In this document: positions 11,289 through 21,246 of the stretch, piece after piece
Numbering within the stretch: the first letter of the stretch is position 1
Layout: each line of letters begins with the position of its first letter
Origin: a virus
Taxonomy: Duplodnaviria; Caudoviricetes
Reading direction: 5' to 3' (one strand)
Length of the DNA: 64,000 nt
IMG/VR virus record: IMGVR_UViG_3300033075_001021
Position numbers and translations under genes: made by a program
The notes under the pieces: model-generated
The model's input: only the letters and a program-made list of their open reading frames with translations
Databases searched by the model: none
Told to the model about the DNA's origin: nothing

Positions 11289-12098
11289 ATGGAAAAAGAA
11301 ATAAAAAAAACTGAAATTTCTGTGATACTACCCGTACACGACCTAAACGAAGAAACAAAACCAATGTTTCAAATTGCTGTAAAAAGCGTTGAACTACAAA
11401 AAGTTCAACCAGATGAATTGGTAATTGTTGTTCCGAAAGACAGCGAAGTTAGTAAATACGTGAAATCAATTGACTATGCTACCTTATCAGATAAAATAAC
11501 CATTGTTGAAAATGATGGTGCAACCGACTTCTGTTCACAAATGAATTTGGGTGTTAGTAAAGCTAAATCTGACTGGGTTTCATTATTGGAGTACGATGAC
11601 GAATATGCAAATATTTGGTTTAAGAATGTTGTCGAATATCGTGAAGCATACCCCAATTATGAAATTTTTATGCCAATCATTATTGACACTGATGCCGATG
11701 GTGGTTTTATTGGGCTTACCAATGAAGCAGTATGGGCACAGAGTTTTTCTGATGAGTTAGGTGTACTAGATTTAAATGCACTCCTTACATACCAAAACTT
11801 TAACATTGATGGTATGGTTATCAAAAAATCGTTATTCGAAGACTTTGGTGGATTTAAATCAAACATTAAATTAACATTCATTTATGAGTTTTTGTTAAGA
11901 ATGGCATTTAAGGATGTTAAGATTACAACAATCCCAAGATTTGGATATAAGCACGTTAACCAGAGGCCAAATTCATTATTTTCAAATTACAGAAATGAAA
12001 TGGACGCTGTCGAAGCAAAGTGGTGGCTAGCACAAGCTAAGAAAGAATACTATTTTGATAAAGATAGAAAAATAACATACATGAAACCAACGGTATAA
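11289..12098 (+). CDS. Family 2 glycosyltransferase
   Basis: ISVILPV N-terminus; LLEYDD. Confidence 0.82.
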   Translation: MEKEIKKTEISVILPVHDLNEETKPMFQIAVKSVELQKVQPDELVIVVPKDSEVSKYVKSIDYATLSDKITIVENDGATDFCSQMNLGVSKAKSDWVSLLEYDDEYANIWFKNVVEYREAYPNYEIFMPIIIDTDADGGFIGLTNEAVWAQSFSDELGVLDLNALLTYQNFNIDGMVIKKSLFEDFGGFKSNIKLTFIYEFLLRMAFKDVKITTIPRFGYKHVNQRPNSLFSNYRNEMDAVEAKWWLAQAKKEYYFDKDRKITYMKPTV

Positions 12099-12826
12099 TG
12101 ATTAACAAAAGAGGACGCAAAAGAAAGAATGAAATGTATTTTGGTCCCGATGAAGAAAAAGCCGTTAATGATTACCTAGCTTCGACAGATGACAAAGAAA
12201 GAAACATGATTTACAATCAGTGGTTAAAAGAACCACTTGATAAAATGATTGAGTCAATCATTAGAAGATATAAGTTATACAGAAAGGGTGAAAGCTTCGA
12301 GGATTTACATAGCGACACCCTTTCTTTTCTTATGACAAAAGCTCATAAATTTGAAAACGCAAGAGGTAAAAAGGCTTATTCTTATTATGGAACAATCTGT
12401 AAACACTATATTTTAGGACTTTTAATTAAGGACGAAAAATATACTAAACAAACTGCTTCATATGAAGATATATCGTCCGACCTAGAAGAACGTAAAGAAC
12501 TGAGTTACGTAATTGATAAAGATGAGATTGTGATGGATGAGTTTTTAAAAAAACTCGTCGACGGTATAAAGGAAGAACTTAACGATGAAAATCAACCAAC
12601 CAAAAAGAAACTCAACGAAAATGAAAGGAAGGTTGGGGAATCACTTATCGAAATTCTTCAAAATTGGGAAACAGCATTTAACACCATGGACGGTGGACCA
12701 AAATACAACAAAAACTCAGTTTTAGAAACCATGAGAAACTACACCAATTTGTCAACAAAAGACATCAGATTGGCAATGAGAAGGTTTAAAGACCTATATG
12801 AGTTCCTAAAACATCAAGATTTTTGA
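12098..12826 (+). CDS. Phage sigma factor, gp55-like (late transcription)
   Basis: Region-2-like F....GKKAYSYYGTICKHYIL; helical; lies just ahead of virion genes. Confidence 0.65.
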   Translation: MINKRGRKRKNEMYFGPDEEKAVNDYLASTDDKERNMIYNQWLKEPLDKMIESIIRRYKLYRKGESFEDLHSDTLSFLMTKAHKFENARGKKAYSYYGTICKHYILGLLIKDEKYTKQTASYEDISSDLEERKELSYVIDKDEIVMDEFLKKLVDGIKEELNDENQPTKKKLNENERKVGESLIEILQNWETAFNTMDGGPKYNKNSVLETMRNYTNLSTKDIRLAMRRFKDLYEFLKHQDF

Positions 12827-12868
12827 TAAAAAAATGCATTTAAAGGTATTTATAGTAAACTAATACTT

Positions 12869-13255
12869 ATGCCTAGAAAGAAAAAACAGGATGTTAAAGT
12901 CAATGACGTTGAAAGCCTTGAAGGGTTAATGCAAGAAACCTACAACGACGCATGTCTACAAATTAACGATGCTCAACGTACAATTAACGAATTGTCAACT
13001 AGCGCAACACCACAAGATGTTGAAGACGTTACAAAAATTGCAAAAGAAAAGGGTGGTCTTCTAAAGGTTAAAGATTCTGCTATCAGAATCAAACTTGAGC
13101 TAGCTAAATTGCAAAGCGACATCATTAAAAACAGAGGTGATGCAGAATCCGCTATTCAAGAAAGAACCGATGGTAAGGCATCATTAAGTGACTTTAAGTC
13201 AATCAGAGAAATGCTAATGAATGATAAAGACCTAAACGGTGCTGTTGAAGAATAA
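12869..13255 (+). CDS. Hypothetical coiled-coil protein
   Basis: 128 aa; TATTTAT motif upstream. Confidence 0.7.
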   Translation: MPRKKKQDVKVNDVESLEGLMQETYNDACLQINDAQRTINELSTSATPQDVEDVTKIAKEKGGLLKVKDSAIRIKLELAKLQSDIIKNRGDAESAIQERTDGKASLSDFKSIREMLMNDKDLNGAVEE

Positions 13256-14685
13256 TGGATATATTAAATCAAAAAAGGGAAATTTTTGGCAACATTGCCG
13301 CAGATAAAACTTTAACACAAGGACTTCCACAGTTAAAGACCACCTCTTCCATGCCATCAATCAATAACGATGGTGATTCAATTACATTACTATGCGATTT
13401 ACTTAAATCGCTTGTTGGTTCAGAAAAGATGGAAGAAATTGTTACGAACACACTAATATATAGTATCAATGACATTGAAAACGAAATCAAGAAAGAATTA
13501 AAACTTGAATTAAAATCAATTGTTAGTTGTGGCGTTAACCCATCATTACCAGATTATATAAAAACAACTGGTATCAAATTTCCAGTAAATAAGGTAGACT
13601 ATTTTGGTCTCATGTTTACAAACCCAAGGTCAATTGTTGGTCAACTCGTATATAACGATGTTACACCAACATTAATTGATAGCTCGGACTTCAATACATT
13701 TCTATACCAAACAATTCAATTAGATGGTCAAGCCGAAACATGGCCACAATATGCTGGCTCCACAACACCAATTTTAAATGTAAGATTTAGGTCCTTAGCC
13801 AGCGGCGGTGACCCAAACAATACTATCACCGTTAAATCAGCATCATCTTTTAACGGGACATTAACCGATTTTAATAATCAATTTATTGATAGTATTAAAA
13901 TATTTAACACCGAAAAAATAGTTTCACGGGTTATTGATTTAATATTTGGCACGGTATCAAAGAATTCAAATAAATCAATTAAACAATTAGAATTAGAAGA
14001 ACGAATTAATACTGTTATTAAAAAAATTATCTACACTGATTCTAATACAATCATTGATGATACAACATTCTCTTTCACCAACGACGAAAATAGGGCAAAT
14101 GAGTTTGCCGCAAATATGAGGAAAAAGGGTGAAAAACAATTTGAAACCTCAACCAAAGTTACTAGTAGTATTCCATTGAATTCGCTAACCACAATGAATA
14201 CAAATGTTGGTAGTGCCACAAATGAGATAATCAAAAAAGAAGAACTTACAAAATCATTAAAGTCAATGAGTGATAGTGTTGCATCAAGTGCAACCGAAAG
14301 CTCAGACCAGAAAAGTTTAAAACTCGGATTCATTCAAGAACTCATCAATTATCTAACACAGACAATTGTTATGGGTATCTTGGCACCAAAAATCATTACA
14401 ATTTTTTTAATCAATTTTAAGATTGTATACGGTCCGAATGCAACATTCAATGACCCGATTGATTTTTTAAGAAAGAATAAAAACCTAATAAGGGCTATAA
14501 CCAAAAGAGTAGCTGGGATAATAATAAGCGCATTACTAAGAGCCGTTTTAAAAGAAATAACAATTTTAGTTGCTGATGCAATTAAAAAAAGACTTGAAGA
14601 CAAAGCAAAGTTAAATTTAAAACAGCTTTTGAGTTTAGTTGGTGTGCCACAAGATGTGATACAAAAAATAAGGAACCTAGAATGA
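13255..14685 (+). CDS. Putative virion structural protein
   Basis: 476 aa, T/S/N-rich, in operon with the baseplate gene. Confidence 0.55.
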   Translation: MDILNQKREIFGNIAADKTLTQGLPQLKTTSSMPSINNDGDSITLLCDLLKSLVGSEKMEEIVTNTLIYSINDIENEIKKELKLELKSIVSCGVNPSLPDYIKTTGIKFPVNKVDYFGLMFTNPRSIVGQLVYNDVTPTLIDSSDFNTFLYQTIQLDGQAETWPQYAGSTTPILNVRFRSLASGGDPNNTITVKSASSFNGTLTDFNNQFIDSIKIFNTEKIVSRVIDLIFGTVSKNSNKSIKQLELEERINTVIKKIIYTDSNTIIDDTTFSFTNDENRANEFAANMRKKGEKQFETSTKVTSSIPLNSLTTMNTNVGSATNEIIKKEELTKSLKSMSDSVASSATESSDQKSLKLGFIQELINYLTQTIVMGILAPKIITIFLINFKIVYGPNATFNDPIDFLRKNKNLIRAITKRVAGIIISALLRAVLKEITILVADAIKKRLEDKAKLNLKQLLSLVGVPQDVIQKIRNLE

Positions 14686-15122
14686 GCGATATAAACAAAA
14701 AGACAGAGGCACCGATTGACGGTGGTGTTAGTTCAATACAAAATGTTATTGATGTTATATCAGCCGCATTTAAAGCGCCAAAACAACCAGTTACACCATT
14801 ACCGCCACCGTTACTTTTAATTGGTGGTAAACAAAGGTCTGGTGTAACCCCTAGTGAAATTGCTTCTAGAATAATCGCTAGACAATCTGAGGCTGGATTA
14901 ATTGTGGGGAATGTATATGAAGATGGCCCAAATACAGCTGAAGCAATGGAATTAATCAGAGTTGAAGAAATTATAAACTCATTGTTAACCGAAGGTAAAA
15001 TTGAAATTGTAATTCCACCAGGTGTAAGGGTTATGACCGTTGGTACTGGTAACCTAGGTGCCCCAGTTGTTTCACAAGGTGCTACAACAGATATTGCCGT
15101 TGGTTACGGTGTAATACGTTAA
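14682..15122 (+). CDS. Putative baseplate/structural protein
   Basis: Pro/Gly-rich; ATGA overlap with upstream gene. Confidence 0.5.
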   Translation: MSDINKKTEAPIDGGVSSIQNVIDVISAAFKAPKQPVTPLPPPLLLIGGKQRSGVTPSEIASRIIARQSEAGLIVGNVYEDGPNTAEAMELIRVEEIINSLLTEGKIEIVIPPGVRVMTVGTGNLGAPVVSQGATTDIAVGYGVIR

Positions 15123-15132
15123 TATTTTTATT

Positions 15133-15330
15133 ATGACAAATGAAGTTATTAATCATAATGATTTAGAAGATATGTCAAACAATGAGATATTGTTTGAAAT
15201 AAAAAAAATGGAAGCCGACCACGAAGCATTAAAATTAAAAATGCTTAAGGATTATGATAAGCTGGTTGATATCGAGAAAAGATTTGACCGTGCTAATCAA
15301 ATATTGGTTAAAAGATTAAAGGGAGAATAA
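15133..15330 (+). CDS. Small coiled-coil hypothetical protein
   Basis: 65 aa in operon. Confidence 0.6.
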   Translation: MTNEVINHNDLEDMSNNEILFEIKKMEADHEALKLKMLKDYDKLVDIEKRFDRANQILVKRLKGE

Positions 15331-15331
15331 T

Positions 15332-16294
15332 ATGCCAGTTGAAAACGCTTTTGGTACAAATTTACCACCAGTTACCGCTAATGTAACAATCAAGACAATA
15401 CAAATTGGACGTGTTGTTAGTATTGATGATAATGATGCGTTGGGTAGAATTAAAGTCAGAATTCCTGGTCCTACAAGCGTTGGTGGTGATGCTGATTTAC
15501 CACTTGAGCAAATTCCTTGGTCATACCCAATGGTACCAAAATTTTTTGGTGTAACACCAAAAGTAGATGAAGCGGTTTTCGTAATGGTTTTCAGCCAAGA
15601 TAAACTTCACAGTGATAGACTCTACTTTGGCCCAATTATTTCACAATACCCAAATTTAGATTTTGAGTCTATTGACGATAGGGCATTAACCCCATTCACA
15701 TTCGCCCAAATCCCACCAAAAGTAAATTACCAAAGAATTGGTCAGTTAAACGGTGTGTTTCCAAAAACAGATGATGTGGCGATACAAGGTAGATATAATA
15801 CCGACATCATTCTTAGAAGAAATGAAATCCTAATTAGAGCTGGTAAATTTGTGACCAGTAAACCAAATGATAATAACCCATATCCATTTGAATTCAATAC
15901 TTCAACACAAGGTTTTATTCAAATAAGGAATGACATTCCGCTAGAGCCACCAAAAAAGCAGGGTGAGCAAATGAGAGGAAGCGTAGCAAATATCATGGCA
16001 AATAAAATCAATCTTCTAGGATACATTGATAGTGACCCAAGATTTAATATAAATCAAATCGACCAACTTAGTAACGATGAGATTTTAAACATCCTTAAAA
16101 ACGCACACCCATTACCATTTGGTGACGTTTTGGTGGAATACCTAAGACTCTTTAAAACAGCCTTCATAAATCACGTACATAACAATAATGGGCTCAAACC
16201 AACTGGTACTGGAGATAAATCCGTGGCCAATTTTGTTAAACAAGCTGAAGCGCTAGAGAATGCAATGTTATCGAAAAACATCCGTATTAATTGA
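15332..16294 (+). CDS. Baseplate hub/spike protein (gp5/gpV-like N-terminal OB fold)
   Basis: GRVVSIDD..LGRIKVRIP..W..P; C-terminal HxH (NHVH). Confidence 0.72.
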   Translation: MPVENAFGTNLPPVTANVTIKTIQIGRVVSIDDNDALGRIKVRIPGPTSVGGDADLPLEQIPWSYPMVPKFFGVTPKVDEAVFVMVFSQDKLHSDRLYFGPIISQYPNLDFESIDDRALTPFTFAQIPPKVNYQRIGQLNGVFPKTDDVAIQGRYNTDIILRRNEILIRAGKFVTSKPNDNNPYPFEFNTSTQGFIQIRNDIPLEPPKKQGEQMRGSVANIMANKINLLGYIDSDPRFNINQIDQLSNDEILNILKNAHPLPFGDVLVEYLRLFKTAFINHVHNNNGLKPTGTGDKSVANFVKQAEALENAMLSKNIRIN

Positions 16295-16323
16295 TATTCT
16301 AGGATATTTATTAGTAAAAAGAA

Positions 16324-17727
16324 ATGGTAATTAGGACATTTTTCGATAAAAACAATACCCTTATAAAGAACAGCTATTTGAACACTGGTAGAAACCCAGT
16401 TGCCGAGTTATTTTATGGCGGTACTGACGGTGAAAACAAATACAGCCGCTTTATTTTTCATTTTGATACTGATAGATTGGTTAGTCTCTATACTGGGGGA
16501 ACGTTTACCGATTTGTCCAAATTAAAGCACACGCTTAAGCTTACAAATACAGCATCTTTTAACTACGACCTTTTAAATGGAACCATGGGGAACAAGTGTA
16601 GGGCTTGTTCATTTGACCTTATTGTGTTCCCAGTAACTCAAAATTGGGATGAGGGGGTTGGATATGATTATGAACAGTGCGACCTGCTTATTGGAAATTA
16701 TGCTATTTCAACAGGCCCCTCAAATTGGGGATATTCAAGAACTGGTGAATATTGGGATAATGGGCCAGGTACGTATTCAGGTAACCCAACCGTAATTGCG
16801 ACCCAACATTTTGATTTAGGAAATGAGAACATGGAAGTTGATATTACAGACTATGTTAATGGTATTTTGACAGGAAATACAAACTATGGTTTAGGTGTAG
16901 CCTATTCTAGACCATTTGAGTTAACCAGCACCGTTTCACTTCAATATGTGGGTTTCTTTACTAGACACACACAAACGTTCTATGAGCCCTATATTGATAC
17001 CGTATACAGTAATCATATCGTTGACGATAGAAACAATTTCTTTTTAGACAAACCAAATAAGCTTTACCTATATGTAAACTTAGCTGGTAACCCAACAAAT
17101 TTGGATAATTTACCATCTGTTACAATTAATGATGAAAATGGAGACGTTGTTCAAGTTTTTGAATCTAGCGCCGTCACACATGTAACCAAAGGGGTATATT
17201 CTATCGATATTACGATTCCAACCACCAGTTCAAGCCAAAAAGGACACTTGTACAGTGACGTTTGGTCCGATATTGTCGTTAATGGTGTTTCTAGGCCTGA
17301 TATAAGCCTCGAATTCCAATTAATGGATAGTTTTGAGTATTTCAATATTGGGGCCGCAGATTCGCTTCCAAAAAGCGTAGCGGTGAATGTAGCTGGTATT
17401 AAGAATCAAGAAAGGATAAAACGTGGGGATATTAGGAAGGTTTTGGTTTCAACAAGAATACCATATACCGTAGAACAGACACAGAATATTACGGGATTAA
17501 AATATAGACTTTATGTCAAAGAAGGAATGAATGAAGTAACCGTGGTCAATTTTCAACCAATTGAAATGGCAAGTAATTACAATTACTTTTTAATCGATAC
17601 ACAAAGCTTAATTCCAAATACTTATTATTTAGACGTGTTATGCGAATCTAATTTAGAGGTGACAACCCTAAAAGATGTCCTTAATTTTACAGTAATAAGT
17701 GATTCTAATTTAAGAATGTCACAATAA
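16324..17727 (+). CDS. Putative beta-rich virion structural protein
   Basis: 467 aa, beta-strand-rich; TATTTAT upstream. Confidence 0.55.
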   Translation: MVIRTFFDKNNTLIKNSYLNTGRNPVAELFYGGTDGENKYSRFIFHFDTDRLVSLYTGGTFTDLSKLKHTLKLTNTASFNYDLLNGTMGNKCRACSFDLIVFPVTQNWDEGVGYDYEQCDLLIGNYAISTGPSNWGYSRTGEYWDNGPGTYSGNPTVIATQHFDLGNENMEVDITDYVNGILTGNTNYGLGVAYSRPFELTSTVSLQYVGFFTRHTQTFYEPYIDTVYSNHIVDDRNNFFLDKPNKLYLYVNLAGNPTNLDNLPSVTINDENGDVVQVFESSAVTHVTKGVYSIDITIPTTSSSQKGHLYSDVWSDIVVNGVSRPDISLEFQLMDSFEYFNIGAADSLPKSVAVNVAGIKNQERIKRGDIRKVLVSTRIPYTVEQTQNITGLKYRLYVKEGMNEVTVVNFQPIEMASNYNYFLIDTQSLIPNTYYLDVLCESNLEVTTLKDVLNFTVISDSNLRMSQ

Positions 17728-18071
17728 TGAAAGGTTTTATCAAAAATAGGGTTAGACAATTGTTACATGAGCAAATGATTGATGGTCAAGAAATGAATCC
17801 ACACCTACAATCACTATGTAATACAATGACAGTTAGTAACTACAACGAAGTGTTGGGGCGAATAATTGCCGCGATTGGACCTCAGGATAAAAACCCTGAA
17901 TTATGGGCTAAGATTGAACAACCCCTCAAAATGCTAAAAATGGCAAACTTTGAGCTAAATAAAGAAAAACAAACTAGCAATATGACAGGTGATTCCGTTG
18001 CTGATGAAGCTGACACATATTGGGCGACAATTCAATCAACCCTATGCGAACAAGGAAGCGATTTTCAATAA
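17727..18071 (+). CDS. Hypothetical protein, possibly head-internal
   Basis: N-terminus MKGFIKNRVRQLLHE. Confidence 0.6.
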   Translation: MKGFIKNRVRQLLHEQMIDGQEMNPHLQSLCNTMTVSNYNEVLGRIIAAIGPQDKNPELWAKIEQPLKMLKMANFELNKEKQTSNMTGDSVADEADTYWATIQSTLCEQGSDFQ

Positions 18072-18079
18072 TCAGTTTT

Positions 18080-18484
18080 ATGAAAAAGTTTTTTAATATA
18101 TTATTATCGGACAGTAACAAAATCTCCACAAAGCGATTTATTGGACTGTTATGTCTTGCTATGTTTATAGCTTATGGTATTGTTGGTTTAATCAAACCAT
18201 TCAACGAATATTTCTGGATATTTTATGTTAGTTTATGCACTATCACTATTTGGATAGCATTTAAATTCATGTCAGCTGAGAAGATTCTTAAATACGATGT
18301 TATTGGTAAACTATCAAAATTTTCACCAATCAAAGATGCTGTATATGATGCTATCGTAACTGAAGATGAAATTGATGATGCTATTCAACCAGATGTTTTA
18401 AAGGGTAAAAATACTGGAGAATTAACCAAAAGAGAAAAGAAATTACTAGGGTTAGGTGACGAACCAGAAAATAAGGGTGAATAA
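18080..18484 (+). CDS. Membrane protein with two TM helices
   Basis: Two hydrophobic segments after STKRF; ATG at 18080. Confidence 0.65.
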   Translation: MKKFFNILLSDSNKISTKRFIGLLCLAMFIAYGIVGLIKPFNEYFWIFYVSLCTITIWIAFKFMSAEKILKYDVIGKLSKFSPIKDAVYDAIVTEDEIDDAIQPDVLKGKNTGELTKREKKLLGLGDEPENKGE

Positions 18485-18488
18485 ACAC

Positions 18489-18517
18489 TTGACAAATTAA
18501 AAATGTTTTAGTATAAT
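18489..18517 (+). promoter_or_regulatory. Consensus sigma70-type promoter
   Basis: TTGACA-N17-TATAAT. Confidence 0.8.
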
Positions 18518-18519
18518 TA

Positions 18520-18533
18520 TATTACGTTAACTC
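18520..18533. repeat. Left arm of 14-bp long-range inverted repeat
   Basis: TATTACGTTAACTC is the exact reverse complement of 20477..20490. Confidence 0.85.
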
Positions 18534-18622
18534 CGTATTGGCTTCGACCATGAAATGGTTTAGAGTTGTCACGGCAACAAAGAAGTTAGTACATAATAAC
18601 AAACAATTAAAAGTTAATTAAA

Positions 18623-19510
18623 ATGAGACAAACAATCACTGGGCCAAGTGCGCCCATGGCTGCGATTTGTATTAACAAATCCAGACTAAAAACTTATCAC
18701 AAAGACAAAACCCCTACTTTCTACTTAGAGAAGGGTCAAGAATTTCAGATTGAATTATTCAATCCTACTTCAGACACAATTCTTGCTAAAATCCAATTAA
18801 ACGGTAATCAAATTTCACAAGGCGGTCTTGTACTTAGACCAGGTGAACGTGTATTCCTTGAACGTTATCTTGACGTGGCCAAAAAATTCAAATTCGACAC
18901 CTACGAAGTAGCTAACACAGCTGAAGTAAGGGAAGCGATTGAAGATAATGGTGACTTTAAGGTAGAATTTTACAGAGAATCAAGACCAGTATATTCATAT
19001 GGTTCTACAATTACTTTAAAAAACGATGTGCCATTTACCTACACTGACAACAATTCTACAGGATATAGAGGAATTAATCACACGTCACTTGGTACAACTG
19101 GAGGAAATCCACTTAATTTAACTGGGCTAAATGCGTCATTAAACGCAACACCAATTAGTTCATACTACAACACTGGTGGCGCAACATGCTATTCTTCAGA
19201 TGTTACGATGGATAGCTTTAATAGCGCATCACTAAGCGAACAAGCCGCACCAACCAAATCTTTAAGGTCTAGAAGTAAAACCATTGAAACTGGACGTGTA
19301 GAAGCTGGTAGCGGTTCAAATCAAAAATTGGAATATGTAAGCAAATCATTTGAATACTGGCCATTCCATACAGTTGAATATAAACTTTTACCTATTTCAC
19401 AAAAGGTAAATACTGTTGCTGACATCAACGTTAAAAGATACTGCACAAATTGTGGTAAAAAATCCGACAAAACAGATAAATTTTGTTCACAGTGTGGTAA
19501 TAAATTATAA
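18623..19510 (+). CDS. Hypothetical protein with C-terminal zinc ribbon
   Basis: CTNCG..FCSQCG. Confidence 0.8.
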   Translation: MRQTITGPSAPMAAICINKSRLKTYHKDKTPTFYLEKGQEFQIELFNPTSDTILAKIQLNGNQISQGGLVLRPGERVFLERYLDVAKKFKFDTYEVANTAEVREAIEDNGDFKVEFYRESRPVYSYGSTITLKNDVPFTYTDNNSTGYRGINHTSLGTTGGNPLNLTGLNASLNATPISSYYNTGGATCYSSDVTMDSFNSASLSEQAAPTKSLRSRSKTIETGRVEAGSGSNQKLEYVSKSFEYWPFHTVEYKLLPISQKVNTVADINVKRYCTNCGKKSDKTDKFCSQCGNKL

Positions 19511-20365
19511 AGATAAAAAATCTTTCCAACCTAACCAAACCCCTCTTCTTCTAAAATATGTTGAGGGGTTTTTTGGTATTCCAGTTGGTTTATTAAGTTT
19601 AATGTATTCTTTAAATGTTGTTGAATTTAAATTATACTTTGATAATATTTTTTTACATTCGTCATATGAGTAAAATATTTCGTTTTTAACCCTAGTATAT
19701 GTGTTACCTAAAAAATTATCCCATGAAACCCATCCATTATTTTTATATGTTAGTTGAGGATTAACGGGTAGATTATTAACCCTAGCATAAACGTACCAAT
19801 CTCTAATATTGTTAAATTTGTTTTTATGTGCTATCTTTTTTAAGACATTATATGAAATTGTATGTTTATTATTTTTAATGTTTTTTGTATTAAAAAAATC
19901 ACCCCATGAAACCCATCCATTATTTTTAAAAACACTGTCAGGTCTTTTTGGTATATTTAAATGACTATTTAATTTAAAATATTCCCGCCACTTTTTTTCA
20001 CTATCTATTTCTGGTATGTTATTCACTCTCCATTGTCTAACATCATCAAGTGTTAATTTGTACCTTTTACCAGAATGCCCATCCCCACCTTCAGATATAT
20101 TTGTCAGGTTATCAAATTGCCTAATCCAATATTTTTCTCTTTCGGCCCAACTATTTTCATCTGATTCTTCTAAAATTTGTATATTAATGGTACCACCACT
20201 ATTTAAAACTTTTCGAATCCAATTATTTTTATGTGTTATCACACCACGTTTAGCTGCTGATAAATGGTCATTTTTTCTAATTTTTGGTCTATAAGATTTT
20301 CCAACATATCTTATAACACCATCTTCTGCACATAACCCATAAATAAATATTTTATTTGTTTTCAT
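19505..20365 (-). mobile_element. Free-standing GIY-YIG homing endonuclease with GWVSWxxFL repeats
   Basis: FIYGL..IRYVGKS..R..H; REKYWI; three GW.SW..F repeats; own TATTTAT upstream. Confidence 0.85.
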
Positions 20366-20402
20366 AAAATTCTTTATAATAAATATGTGGTAATTAACAA
20401 AA

Positions 20403-20465
20403 AACTGTGGTGCCAAGCAAAAGCCAGAATTTAAATTCTGTCCTAGTTGCGGCGCTAAAGCATAA
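20403..20465 (+). pseudogene. Orphaned 3' end (zinc ribbon) of gene 18623
   Basis: NCGAKQKPEFKFCPSCGAKA* vs NCGKKSDKTDKFCSQCGNKL*, same length, 10/20 identical. Confidence 0.85.
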
Positions 20466-20476
20466 ATAATAAACTA

Positions 20477-20490
20477 GAGTTAACGTAATA
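20477..20490. repeat. Right arm of 14-bp long-range inverted repeat
   Basis: GAGTTAACGTAATA. Confidence 0.85.
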
Positions 20491-20518
20491 AAAAAAGGTG
20501 GAATCTTCCACCTTTTTT
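20491..20518. terminator. Bidirectional intrinsic terminator
   Basis: AAAAAAGGTGGAA-TC-TTCCACCTTTTTT between convergent units. Confidence 0.85.
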
Positions 20519-20909
20519 ATTTTGGGTATCTTATCATACTATCCATAAATTTAAAATCTTTATTTCGGCCCTTATTTGGCACAAAACCAAACTTTTTATA
20601 AAATGTTAATAACACACTCATTGGTGTTTCTGTGTTTGCTGGTGTCAATGTACATAATAATTTGTACTTATCACATAGTTGAGTAATCTCTGACATTAAA
20701 GCGCCACCTAAACCCCTTCTTCTTTCTGTTTTGTTTGGTATTTTGATTGATGCAATATGAATTGATTTCACATCCCCTCTTAAATAAATCCAACAAATCA
20801 TTCCTTGACTTTCATATTTTCGAATTATAGCGTCAAGCTCATCTTGAATTTGAAACTTCAATCTGTCTTCCTCTTGACCCATTAATTCGAATATATGTCC
20901 AATTTTCAT
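20517..20909 (-). CDS. GNAT-family acetyltransferase
   Basis: RRRGLGGALM; FYKKFGF. Confidence 0.8.
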   Translation of the reverse strand: MKIGHIFELMGQEEDRLKFQIQDELDAIIRKYESQGMICWIYLRGDVKSIHIASIKIPNKTERRRGLGGALMSEITQLCDKYKLLCTLTPANTETPMSVLLTFYKKFGFVPNKGRNKDFKFMDSMIRYPK

Positions 20910-21139
20910 AAGTTATTATCTATTTCTTTTAATATGGTTTCCCAAAGGATTCTATCATCATACTCACATACTATACCCTTTCCATTTTTTAAATAGAATT
21001 CGATATTATATCTATAAAGATTATTATCATCAATCCATGACTGTATGCCTAGGTATTCATCTATTTTTATACTTAGGTGTAATACTAGATTAATGTAAAT
21101 CTTAAAGTATTTACATGTCTTTTTTGTTGTAATATTCAT
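20906..21139 (-). CDS. Hypothetical protein
   Basis: 77 aa; ATGA overlap with next gene. Confidence 0.55.
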   Translation of the reverse strand: MNITTKKTCKYFKIYINLVLHLSIKIDEYLGIQSWIDDNNLYRYNIEFYLKNGKGIVCEYDDRILWETILKEIDNNL

Positions 21140-21144
21140 TTATA

Positions 21145-21246
21145 TTAAAGACCTTTAATCTTTTCGATTAACTTCTTAATATCAACAAACTTACCTACCA
21201 AAAAACCAGCGATAAATGCAATTATTGTCATACTAATAAATATCAT
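21145..21246 (-). CDS. 33-aa single-TM peptide, below the ORF-track cutoff
   Basis: MIFISMTIIAFIAGFLVGKFVDIKKLIEKIKGL. Confidence 0.5.
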   Translation of the reverse strand: MIFISMTIIAFIAGFLVGKFVDIKKLIEKIKGL

